Below are positions 8,445 to 16,629 of a stretch of DNA of 50,871 nucleotides, one piece after another. Both the position numbers and the translations under genes were made by a program. Position 1 is the first letter of the stretch. Each line of letters opens with the position of its first letter. This DNA comes from Desulfocapsa sp. GTDB lineage: Bacteria > Desulfobacterota > Desulfobulbia > Desulfobulbales > Desulfocapsaceae. The notes beneath the pieces were generated by a model. It was not told where the DNA came from. It did no database searches and saw nothing but the letters and a program-made list of their open reading frames with translations. The DNA is taken from the NCBI GenBank assembly GCA_029932055.1, contig JAOZQU010000001.1:1-50871 (forward strand), in the 5' to 3' direction.

Positions 8445-10082
8445 ATGTCGGAAAAGATTCGTGTACTAATACGAATGGTTCATACCCGGGAAATCAACAT
8501 GGCCATGGCCTCTCCCGGGGCATCGAGTGCGCCCTTTTTAGAGGGACTAGAAGGCTTTCAGATGGACGCGGGGTTCTCTCCCGTGCCGGTACCACAGAAA
8601 GTGCGGCGGCCCCAAGGTGACGCGCGCTCCACTGGGCGTTTGTTTTCGTTCGACATACGCCCGGAGCAATCTACGTATCTATTACGCGGCGAAGTCGAGG
8701 ACGAGCAAGCTCTCGATCGGTTGACCGTCGCAGTAGATCAGGATCCCAATGGTGTCGGGGTGTATTCTGACCCCCGCATCAGCGCCATTGCGGTCTGTCC
8801 GGCTAATCCCATCGGAACCCATAGCGATGTCGAAAGCCGGCTCCAGGTGACCGATCTGCATAACCGCGGTATGAACGGTACGGATGTCGTCGTCGCCATA
8901 GTGGATACTGGTGTCAACATGGCGCATCTGCACAATAAAGGGAAGAATCCCACCTTCGACAGTCAACGTAGCTGGTCACCAGTGCAGGGTTCCGTACTCG
9001 GCGACATGGAGGTAGACCATGGCACTATGTGTGCATTCGACGTCTGCATTGCCGCGCCCAATTGTACGATACTCGACTATGCATTGCTGCAGTCGCAGAC
9101 TCAAGGCGAAACGACTATGGATGGTTTCCTGAGCGATGCTGTAAAAGGCTTCAGCGAGTTGCTGAACCTGATGCTCGGAGACAATCCGCCACGTGCACTG
9201 GTCGTCAATAACAGTTGGGGGATGTTCCATCCATCCTGGGATTTTCCGGTAGGACATTCGGGCAATTACAGTGACAATCCAGAACACCCGTTCAATATTA
9301 TTGTCGAGAGTCTGGAGGACGCTGGTGCCGACATCTTGTTCGCCGCCGGTAACTGTGGTGCGGAATGTGCGGACGGGCGCTGCAGAGGAGAAACCGATCA
9401 GGGGATTTATGGTGCCAACAGTCATATTGCGGTGCTCAGCGTGGCCGGCGTTAGCGTGAACGACGTGCGCCTGGGGTACTCCACCCAGGGGCCCGGTCGA
9501 TTGGATACCAATAAACCGGATATCTGCGCATACACCCATTTCGACGGTTCCGAAGTGTATGACGCCGATGGCGGAACCTCAGCCGCCTGCCCGGTTGCGG
9601 CCGGAGTTGTCGCCGCCATACGCAGCAGATATTCGACGGCAGAGCTCTCTCCGACCCGGCTCAGAAACTTGCTACGGCGTACAGCCAACGATTTGGGGAT
9701 GCAAGGATTCGACTTCGATCACGGTTTTGGCGTCATTGATACTGCCGCTTTATTGAACGCCTTGGATCGACGCGACACGCAGCCATTGCAGGTTGGTCAA
9801 ACAACGTCAGGCACGTTGCCGGAAAGCGGGGCCACCCTGACGTACAAACTAACACTTGGAGATGCGTTGACCATCGCACTCGATGGACCGCAGGGCGTCG
9901 ATTTCGATATCTACATACGCAAAGACGAGCAACCGACCACGGAAGAATACGATTTCCGTGGTTATACCAGTGATGCAAATGAAAAGATCCGCATAGATGC
10001 GGCTTCACCTGGCGATTATTATGTCATGGTGCGCTCATACCGGGGAGGAGGGAGCTTCACCCTGAAAGCGACGCTTGATTGA
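8445..10082 (+). CDS. S8 subtilisin-family serine protease with C-terminal PPC domain, no signal peptide
   Basis: Triad motifs VAIVDTG, DHGT, GGTSAACP; oxyanion AAGN; PPC-like DFDIYIR...GDYYVMVRSY. ATG 8445 follows GGAGG. Confidence 0.92.
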   Translation: MSEKIRVLIRMVHTREINMAMASPGASSAPFLEGLEGFQMDAGFSPVPVPQKVRRPQGDARSTGRLFSFDIRPEQSTYLLRGEVEDEQALDRLTVAVDQDPNGVGVYSDPRISAIAVCPANPIGTHSDVESRLQVTDLHNRGMNGTDVVVAIVDTGVNMAHLHNKGKNPTFDSQRSWSPVQGSVLGDMEVDHGTMCAFDVCIAAPNCTILDYALLQSQTQGETTMDGFLSDAVKGFSELLNLMLGDNPPRALVVNNSWGMFHPSWDFPVGHSGNYSDNPEHPFNIIVESLEDAGADILFAAGNCGAECADGRCRGETDQGIYGANSHIAVLSVAGVSVNDVRLGYSTQGPGRLDTNKPDICAYTHFDGSEVYDADGGTSAACPVAAGVVAAIRSRYSTAELSPTRLRNLLRRTANDLGMQGFDFDHGFGVIDTAALLNALDRRDTQPLQVGQTTSGTLPESGATLTYKLTLGDALTIALDGPQGVDFDIYIRKDEQPTTEEYDFRGYTSDANEKIRIDAASPGDYYVMVRSYRGGGSFTLKATLD

Positions 10083-10239
10083 GCGTGCAAATTTAAATCA
10101 ATGGGATACGTACCGCGTGGCGGTGAAGGTACTGCTCCGCGGGCTTCCGCAGCAGGCGCGGGTCATTGCCACTAAATACCACGCCCCTCCCAATTAAATG
10201 ACACACCGAACAAAGTCGGTGACTTCATAAGGAAGAAAT

Positions 10240-10374
10240 ATGGCAGGTGTTTTCATTAGCTACCGGCGTCAGGATTCCGCGGGCTGGGCAGGGCGCTTGG
10301 CCACGGACCTTTTGGATAGGTTCGGTACAGGGGCAGTTTTTCAAGACATAGACGCCATAGGAGCGGGAGAGGAT
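10240..10374 (+). pseudogene. N-terminal 45 codons of a TIR-domain (TIR_2-like) gene, truncated
   Basis: VFISYRRQDSAGWAGRL...FG...VFQDIDAIGAGED is a typical bacterial TIR start. Similarity ends before the region that would carry the catalytic Glu. Confidence 0.85.
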
Positions 10375-10681
10375 TCAGTGATCAGGGGATACCAAAACTA
10401 TTATGCTGTCCCTGGTAATATGGATCTGATGAAAAGTTTCTATGACCTGACTACCAGAGCATGGCTACGTACACTGAGGCGTCGAAGTCACAAAGGGCAA
10501 AATTATACATGGAAGCGCTTTGAAAAACTAATCAGATGGCTGATACCAAGAGTTAGAATTGTACACCCTTTTCCAGATCAGAGATTTCAGCGTTATTACC
10601 CGAGGTAGGAGCCGTATGAGGTAATACCTCACGTACGGATCTGTACGGGGGATGCCGGGTAACCGGCATTCCTACCGTGAC
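10375..10681 (+). mobile_element. 5'-truncated group II intron remnant (maturase C-terminus + RNA domains V-VI)
   Basis: SVIRGYQNYYAVPGN...LRRRS...W..F...RIVHPFP maturase tail. DV GAGCCGTATGAGGTAATACCTCACGTACGGATC starts at 10609. DVI ATGCCGGGTAACCGGCAT-TCCTACCGTGAC ends at 10681. Confidence 0.9.
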
Positions 10682-10846
10682 ACTATTAATTGATTACATT
10701 TTCGACAAACAAACGTGAGTCCAATTGTTTTCTGGAACAGCCAAAATCAATATATTTTTTAAAAATCATGTTTTTGCTTTTGAGTTAAGGGCGTCAGGCT
10801 ATAGTTATCCAATATCTTTAAATCTGTCTTTGCGAAGGCAGTTGGA

Positions 10847-12148
10847 TTAAAAAAAGTAGCGAACACGGAGTTCCAGTTTATTGCTGTTCACCTTCTCTCC
10901 AAATTCTGTGAATTCACCGCCGTTGATCAGGGAAAAACGCAGACGGAATTCCCAATTGGTCAGGCCGGTGTAGACAGTCTCTGGGCTGATGGAGTAGCTC
11001 TGGTCGTCAAGGTTGACTATCGTTGTAATACCGGGAGTAAAATAGAGGATATCAAAAGGTTCCTTCTGAGTAAATTTGGCATACAGGTATTGCCGTCCGG
11101 GTTGCGGGCGGCCATATCCTTTAATGCTCAACTCCCTTGCCCTGTCCAGTAAATTGGAGCCAAGTGTTGGTTCCTGGGCAAAGCCTGCTTCCGCCATCTG
11201 ATAGAAACGTATCATCTCTTTTTCACTGTAGCCACCACCGTTATAATAATATTCAATGATGGAAGTGATGTCATTCTCTGCGAGATAGCGAATTCCAAGC
11301 AGGGTGGAAAACGCTTCTTGCTCTCTTACAGAAGTGGAATTGTCCTCCAGCAGAACAATCTTTTTGTGATCCTGGATATATGCAGCTTCTCCATGGAGTT
11401 CAAAGTGGGGGGCCAGGTTCGTGGAAAAGTCCAGGCCAATTTTGTTTGAGCGACTGTTTCCTGTTAAGACAATCAAATCGATATCCGTATCCATGTACAG
11501 CAGATACAGCTTGGCGGCCAGGTTGACATTGTCTCGCTCTCCAAAGTCATTGTTGATATCTTCCCAGACAGGCAACACTACCAGGGTGAGGTCAGCTGTT
11601 TGCAGAAGCCCCTGATAACTTTTGTTAAAATCACTTTCCTGAGTAACATACCCTTCGAGTGCCTCTTCAGGGTCATTGGGATCTTTGTGACGATTGATAA
11701 ATCCCACCGGGTTCCAGGCGTAGCCTTTTCCCCATTTATATGATTTTTTTCCAATGGAAAGTGCAAGAGACGGGTCTGGTTTGACAGAGAGGTAAGCGGA
11801 ATACACGTCGGATATGTCAGTCCAGCCTATGGTGTCCTGTTGAGCTGCAGCCCTGAGCCGCAAGTTCAGGCTGCTGATTCCATACTCATAGCTGCCATCG
11901 AGCTGTATACTTCCCCTGATGAGATCCATGGTGGACATCTCAGGGGCTGCAAGGTTTAAATTGGAGAAAACAGAGTCCTGATTGATATTCAGGTGATCCC
12001 CACGTAATTCCAGGTATCCACCCACTTGAAGGGCTTTTTTTTCGATTTCTTCAAGATCAAAGGAGAATTCATCTTGCGCCCAAAGGAGAGACGGTAGAAG
12101 CATCATGATACAGGAGAGAAAAAGAGAGGTACTCAGACCCTTCTTCAT
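10847..12148 (-). CDS. Putative outer-membrane beta-barrel protein of the Lol-like ABC operon
   Basis: Signal peptide, GKK...WG.G.AWNP motif, C-terminal RVRYFF beta-signal. Confidence 0.75.
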   Translation of the reverse strand: MKKGLSTSLFLSCIMMLLPSLLWAQDEFSFDLEEIEKKALQVGGYLELRGDHLNINQDSVFSNLNLAAPEMSTMDLIRGSIQLDGSYEYGISSLNLRLRAAAQQDTIGWTDISDVYSAYLSVKPDPSLALSIGKKSYKWGKGYAWNPVGFINRHKDPNDPEEALEGYVTQESDFNKSYQGLLQTADLTLVVLPVWEDINNDFGERDNVNLAAKLYLLYMDTDIDLIVLTGNSRSNKIGLDFSTNLAPHFELHGEAAYIQDHKKIVLLEDNSTSVREQEAFSTLLGIRYLAENDITSIIEYYYNGGGYSEKEMIRFYQMAEAGFAQEPTLGSNLLDRARELSIKGYGRPQPGRQYLYAKFTQKEPFDILYFTPGITTIVNLDDQSYSISPETVYTGLTNWEFRLRFSLINGGEFTEFGEKVNSNKLELRVRYFF

Positions 12149-12220
12149 TTTTTCAAAACAACGAAGAGTTGAGGTGAAAGGGCACTTGTACCCGTAGTTT
12201 GGGTGTTCTCGTACAGGCTC

Positions 12221-12964
12221 CTAGCGTAATTCATTGACTTTCGGCAGGAAGTTCAGGGTGAACACCTCATCAGCAAATTCTTTTTTTTGCAACTTGGCAA
12301 AGAGCATCAGCGAGCGATACCCCTTGTGAAGAGGGCTGTCGGTTTCAAGAACAGAAGGTCTGATCAAACCGTCACCAAAATCCTGAGTCTTTGAATAATG
12401 GAGACTCTTGATGAGCATACCACTGACTGCGTAACATTCAATGGTGGTTGGCAGCAGAGTTTTCTTGTCAACTTCCATTTTTAAATGATCATAAGCAACT
12501 GATGATGACTTAGCCTTGAGTTCAAGCTGGTATGTTGTTTCCTGCTCAGTGATTGATTCGGCATCATATTCAACATGGTAGTCGAGTCGCAGGATGTCGG
12601 AGTTGTTGAAAATTCCTCCGATGACAGATTGAAGACTGGTGATACGTATGGGTTTTCCTACATTTGGAATATAGAGCCACATGTTGTCTCCCAGTCGCAG
12701 GGTGGCTCTTCCTTCTTCACTGGCAGGGGAGATAAACAGAGCAACCATCTTATCCTGCCCGGTTTTTACGGTATAGAGGACAAATTCTTTCTTTTTACCA
12801 TCCGGCTCTATATTAATGAGCTTTCGATACATTTCATACGACTGTGGTTGCATTCTGGCATCTACCTGACGTAACAATTCGTTGCCGTCCAGGGCAAGGG
12901 CTGTTCCAGTCAGGAAGAGCAGGAATAGAAAAGAGCCGGTGATTTTGTGGATAATGTGCAGCAT
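12221..12964 (-). CDS. Outer membrane lipoprotein-sorting (LolA-like) protein
   Basis: ALA signal; F.SPASEEG.A.L...NMWLYIPNVGKPIRI...F...D motif. ATG 12964 has RBS AGGAG. Confidence 0.85.
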   Translation of the reverse strand: MLHIIHKITGSFLFLLFLTGTALALDGNELLRQVDARMQPQSYEMYRKLINIEPDGKKKEFVLYTVKTGQDKMVALFISPASEEGRATLRLGDNMWLYIPNVGKPIRITSLQSVIGGIFNNSDILRLDYHVEYDAESITEQETTYQLELKAKSSSVAYDHLKMEVDKKTLLPTTIECYAVSGMLIKSLHYSKTQDFGDGLIRPSVLETDSPLHKGYRSLMLFAKLQKKEFADEVFTLNFLPKVNELR

Positions 12965-13005
12965 AAGTTTTCTCCTGCAGTGAATGATTTGTAATATTCT
13001 TGTTG

Positions 13006-14250
13006 TCATACATGCCGCAGGGCTGTAATCGGATCCATCCGGGCCGCTTTCCATGCAGGTTGTAAACTGGCAAGGACTGCAATGGCAATAACAATGGCCG
13101 AAATAGTAACTACCTCTGTAACCCCGATTGTCGGAGAGAGCAGTAAGCCTTTCTGACGTCCAAAATCAAAGCTGATCTGGGAAGCATTCAACACGGCAAT
13201 GGTGACCAGGCTGATGACGACCCCTATCAGAGTACCAAGGCAGCCTAAAAGGAAACCTTCCATCACAAAGAGTGAGAGAATTTTTCCGGGAACCGTCCCA
13301 ATGGCTGCAATGGTTCCGATTTCATTTATTCGTTCATACACTGCCATGATCATCACATTCATGATACTCACCAGGACAATTGCCACAAGCATGATCTTGA
13401 TAAAAAGGGTCATGAGATCTATCATGCGGGCGATATTAAAAAATGGTGAAAGTTTTTTCCAGGTGTGTACTTCAAAGATAGGCTTATCCATTTTATTTTT
13501 CAGAGAACCAAGCTTTTGCTGCAGCCCTGCAAAAACTCCATCCATAGTCTTTATGTCTTTCAGGCGAATGGCAATTTCACTGACCTCCTTGCCCTCAGTA
13601 CGCAGGAGAGACCGGGCATCCTCAATGTGGATAACTCCATCGCGCCCTCCAGGGCCTGAAATACCTTCCAGAACACCTCGGATAACAAAAGGCTGTCCAT
13701 TGACGGATCCATCCTTGTTGGTGGCTACCAAAACAATGGTATCGTTAAGTTTTACCTTCAGTCCTTTGGCAATCAGCTCCGGAACCAGTATTTCTCCTTT
13801 TTCTAGGAGCCCTTCTTTGTTGCCTTTTATGATACGATCGGCAAGCATGGGAACAGTTTTCATTTCCTGTTCCGGGTTAACGGCATTTACTCGAATATTC
13901 GTGGTTTCCGTGTAATTACTGAACATGGCTCCAAGTTTAATGCGCATGGAGTATGCCTCAACATTTTCATCCTGATCAAGGGCTTCTTTGATAAGCTGAA
14001 GTTGTTTTCCCTTCAGGTTTCTATCAAGGGGCAGGCTGTCGACAGCTGCCAGGTAGCCTTTTCTGTGTATCTGAAGGTGACCAAGCATGGAGTCAGTGAT
14101 CTGTCCGATCATCATACTCTTAAAGGAACCGGCAACTGAAATAAAGAGTAATACTGCAACTACTCCCAGAGTGATAAGGCTGGAGGTGAGCAGGGTCCGC
14201 CTCATGTAACGTCTTAGATTACGCAGGGCAAGTTTGAAAATATTAAACAT
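13006..14250 (-). CDS. ABC permease, LolC/E (FtsX/MacB) family
   Basis: LALRNLRR..RR, YERINEIGTIAAIG, PAWKAARMDPITALRH. Confidence 0.9.
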   Translation of the reverse strand: MFNIFKLALRNLRRYMRRTLLTSSLITLGVVAVLLFISVAGSFKSMMIGQITDSMLGHLQIHRKGYLAAVDSLPLDRNLKGKQLQLIKEALDQDENVEAYSMRIKLGAMFSNYTETTNIRVNAVNPEQEMKTVPMLADRIIKGNKEGLLEKGEILVPELIAKGLKVKLNDTIVLVATNKDGSVNGQPFVIRGVLEGISGPGGRDGVIHIEDARSLLRTEGKEVSEIAIRLKDIKTMDGVFAGLQQKLGSLKNKMDKPIFEVHTWKKLSPFFNIARMIDLMTLFIKIMLVAIVLVSIMNVMIMAVYERINEIGTIAAIGTVPGKILSLFVMEGFLLGCLGTLIGVVISLVTIAVLNASQISFDFGRQKGLLLSPTIGVTEVVTISAIVIAIAVLASLQPAWKAARMDPITALRHV

Positions 14251-14941
14251 GATTCCCTCCTGAGTCTTCTTGCAGTAGCTGACCATCTTCAAGTGTAAAA
14301 ATTGTCTCTGCGTTATTGACGACTTTGGGATCATGGGTGGAAAAGATAAAGCTTGTCCCAAATTCGTCACGCATCTCTTTCATTAACGCGATGATATGAT
14401 TGGCTGTCTTATGATCAAGATTGGCTGTGGGCTCGTCAGCAAGAACCAGGCTGGCACTGGTTACCAAGGCTCTTGCCACAGCGACCCGCTGTTTTTGACC
14501 ACCGGAAATCTGGCTGGGAAATTTATGTCCCTGATCTGCCATGCCTACGGCCTTCAGCATTTCCTGAACACGTATCGTCCTTTTTTCTTTGGGCCAGTTC
14601 TGTACCATTTGCAGAGGATATTCTATATTTTCAAAGACCGTGAGCACCGGGATCAGGTTGAAATCCTGAAAAACAAATCCGATATGTTCCCCTCTGAACC
14701 GTGCGGCCTGAGCACGATTGAGACTGCTGATATCTTGCCCGATAACCTCAAGAGTGCCTGCTGTTGGAGGATCAAGACATCCAATCATATTGAGCAGGGT
14801 GGATTTTCCGCTTCCGGAAGGGCCGACAAAGGCGACAAAAGAAGATGGTTCAATTGTGAAAGATACTTTTTGTATAGCCTTTACAGCTATATCTCCGGCC
14901 ATATATGTTTTTTCCAGCTGTTTTGCTACAACTACCGGCAT
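14243..14941 (-). CDS. ABC ATP-binding protein, LolD family
   Basis: GPSGSGKS, ISGGQKQR, LADEPTANLD. ATG 14941 follows GGAG. Confidence 0.93.
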   Translation of the reverse strand: MPVVVAKQLEKTYMAGDIAVKAIQKVSFTIEPSSFVAFVGPSGSGKSTLLNMIGCLDPPTAGTLEVIGQDISSLNRAQAARFRGEHIGFVFQDFNLIPVLTVFENIEYPLQMVQNWPKEKRTIRVQEMLKAVGMADQGHKFPSQISGGQKQRVAVARALVTSASLVLADEPTANLDHKTANHIIALMKEMRDEFGTSFIFSTHDPKVVNNAETIFTLEDGQLLQEDSGGNHV

Positions 14942-15063
14942 CGCTTCTCCTTGTTGTGGGTATAGGCTGACGAACAAAGGCTGCTGGCAACACAGCCCTG
15001 ATTAACAATAAATAGCAATATAGAATGTGGATTGATATTTGATCTGTGTTTATTTTTGTTTTC

Positions 15064-15113
15064 TCTTGTTATACCGCTCAGCGGTGTAACATTTTTCATG
15101 GCGCTCTGCGCCA
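15064..15113. repeat. Partial REP-like palindrome (same family as 40047-40133)
   Basis: CTTGTTATACCGCTCAGCGGTGTAAC matches CTTGTTACACCGCTCTGCGGTGTAAC at 40048, followed by a TGGCGCTCTGCGCCA hairpin. Confidence 0.7.
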
Positions 15114-15185
15114 GCCAATCTTGAACACCATGTTAACACAGGCGATGAACAATAAGTCAGCACTCTTTTTAGTACCCCCTTGAGG

Positions 15186-15408
15186 CATAGCCGTCAGGCT
15201 AATTGATTTGCCTTGTCTGCCAACAACTTTTAACCAGTTGAGGTGATGACACAAAATGTGCTGTTTCAAAATATTAATAATTAACCGTTGTCAATTGATT
15301 ATTGATTATTAATAAAAGCATTTTTTGACAATCTATTGAAATAACAACACAAATAATCAATAATCAATTGTTAACGACTAATGACTAACGCTTAGCCTGA
15401 CGGCTATG
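15186..15408. mobile_element. 223-bp MITE with 17-bp TIRs and 9-bp target duplication
   Basis: CATAGCCGTCAGGCTAA ... TTAGCCTGACGGCTATG flanked by CCCTTGAGG at 15177-15185 and 15409-15417. Internal 19-bp perfect IR at 15292-15310/15352-15370. Confidence 0.88.
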
Positions 15409-15537
15409 CCCTTGAGGGATATAAGTACTTTTACCTGTATAGCTTATAAGCAGTCAAGAAAAAGCGGATATTTTTTTTAAGAATAAGATGAGTGAGGCGA
15501 GAATATTTTGGGCAGCATAAGTGGAATCTGGGAAGAT

Positions 15538-15577
15538 AAAAAAACTCCAGCCATCGAATGGAATCCGATGGCTGGAG
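15538..15577 (-). terminator. Intrinsic terminator of microprotein module A
   Basis: 12-bp stem CTCCAGCCATCG/CGATGGCTGGAG with a T-tract on the minus strand. Confidence 0.75.
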
Positions 15578-15618
15578 GGTAAAGAGGTGAGGTTTTTTTG
15601 GGTAGCGCTTGATCGTTA

Positions 15619-15915
15619 TTATTTTGCTTCAGCTGTCTTTGGAGCCTTGTTTACATATTTAAAGAAAACTGGAAAGGCGACGAAGAAGGCAACACAGATT
15701 AGATATTCAATGCCTTTGATGTGTGTGTAGTAGTCAACCAGAGTATGCAATGGTTTAACCATGCCGATGGCGGCCATGTATTGTCCGGCGAGTTCACTGA
15801 CAGACCAGCCTACTGAAGAAAGAGCACTTGTAAGAGCTGCTGCAACCCATAGACACATGATGGAGCCGGCTGCGAGGATGATTCTACTTGCGGTTTTTGA
15901 TGTATTATTAGTCAT
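15619..15915 (-). CDS. 98-aa membrane microprotein, copy A (HmcD-like C-terminal helix)
   Basis: RBS AAGGAG. 88 consecutive residues identical to the 19523-19822 paralog despite many synonymous changes. Confidence 0.85.
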   Translation of the reverse strand: MTNNTSKTASRIILAAGSIMCLWVAAALTSALSSVGWSVSELAGQYMAAIGMVKPLHTLVDYYTHIKGIEYLICVAFFVAFPVFFKYVNKAPKTAEAK

Positions 15916-15958
15916 GGTGTTCTCCTTGTTTATTTTTGTTTGCTTATATTTGTTTTGA

Positions 15959-16153
15959 TTAGCCTATCACTGCGGTGAGATAACCTTTTACAAGATTTAA
16001 TGGGCCATTGTTCATAAGTGCGCTTACGAGACATGCTGTTCCCCAGAGACCTACTATAGCTGCCATTGCCATTCCAACACCAAAAGCAAAGCGAGAAGTT
16101 TCGTATCCGGCGTCAACTTGATTTCTTGTTGTTGTGTGTGTAGTTGTAGTCAT
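15959..16153 (-). CDS. 64-aa membrane microprotein, copy A
   Basis: RBS GGAGG, Thr-rich N-terminus, hydrophobic core. 51/64 identical to 19883-20077. Confidence 0.85.
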   Translation of the reverse strand: MTTTTHTTTRNQVDAGYETSRFAFGVGMAMAAIVGLWGTACLVSALMNNGPLNLVKGYLTAVIG

Positions 16154-16209
16154 GGTGTCCTCCGTTTTTGGTTGTTTTGTAATCTTTTTTGTTTTCTTGT
16201 CTTTATACT

Positions 16210-16225
16210 TGCATCAACAGTGCCA
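16210..16225 (-). promoter_or_regulatory. Sigma54 promoter, module A
   Basis: Minus strand TGGCACTGTTGATGCA (GG-N10-GC), at the same relative position as in module B. Confidence 0.8.
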
Positions 16226-16629
16226 GTTTGCTGGTGGCGATTAGAAAAAACTATGTGTTATGTATCTTACTGATATAGTGCAATTTGTTTATAGACTGGC
16301 CTTTTCCTTTTGCTGTCGCATGCGGGTGGCGCAAAAATTGGCCATTGATCATAGGTGTGGTATTTTGCTTAAAAGTGTAGTTTTTGTTCCACGGAAGTGT
16401 TGTATTTTGTGCGGATAGGTGTGTCATAGAGGAAATGTAGAGAAAGAGTCGTTTTCGAATTTGATGATAGGTTATAGAATGGAACAATCTTTCATTCGAA
16501 AATACTTGGAATACAATTCAACATAAATTAAGCTGGTAAGGTCAGGCTTTCCATTTAGCAGGGTTAGCCGGCTGAAGTCAAGATAAGGTAAAGGAGCATT
16601 CCCACCAACTACCATCCCCTTATATTACA

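Noticed and set aside
10240-10608. TIR fused to an RT as a retron or defence RT
   Set aside because: There is no RT catalytic domain, the TIR is incomplete, and DV/DVI identify an ordinary group II intron remnant.
16120-16153. MTTTTHTTT as a threonine attenuator leader
   Set aside because: It is the start of a conserved 64-aa membrane protein, with no attenuator hairpins or thr genes downstream.
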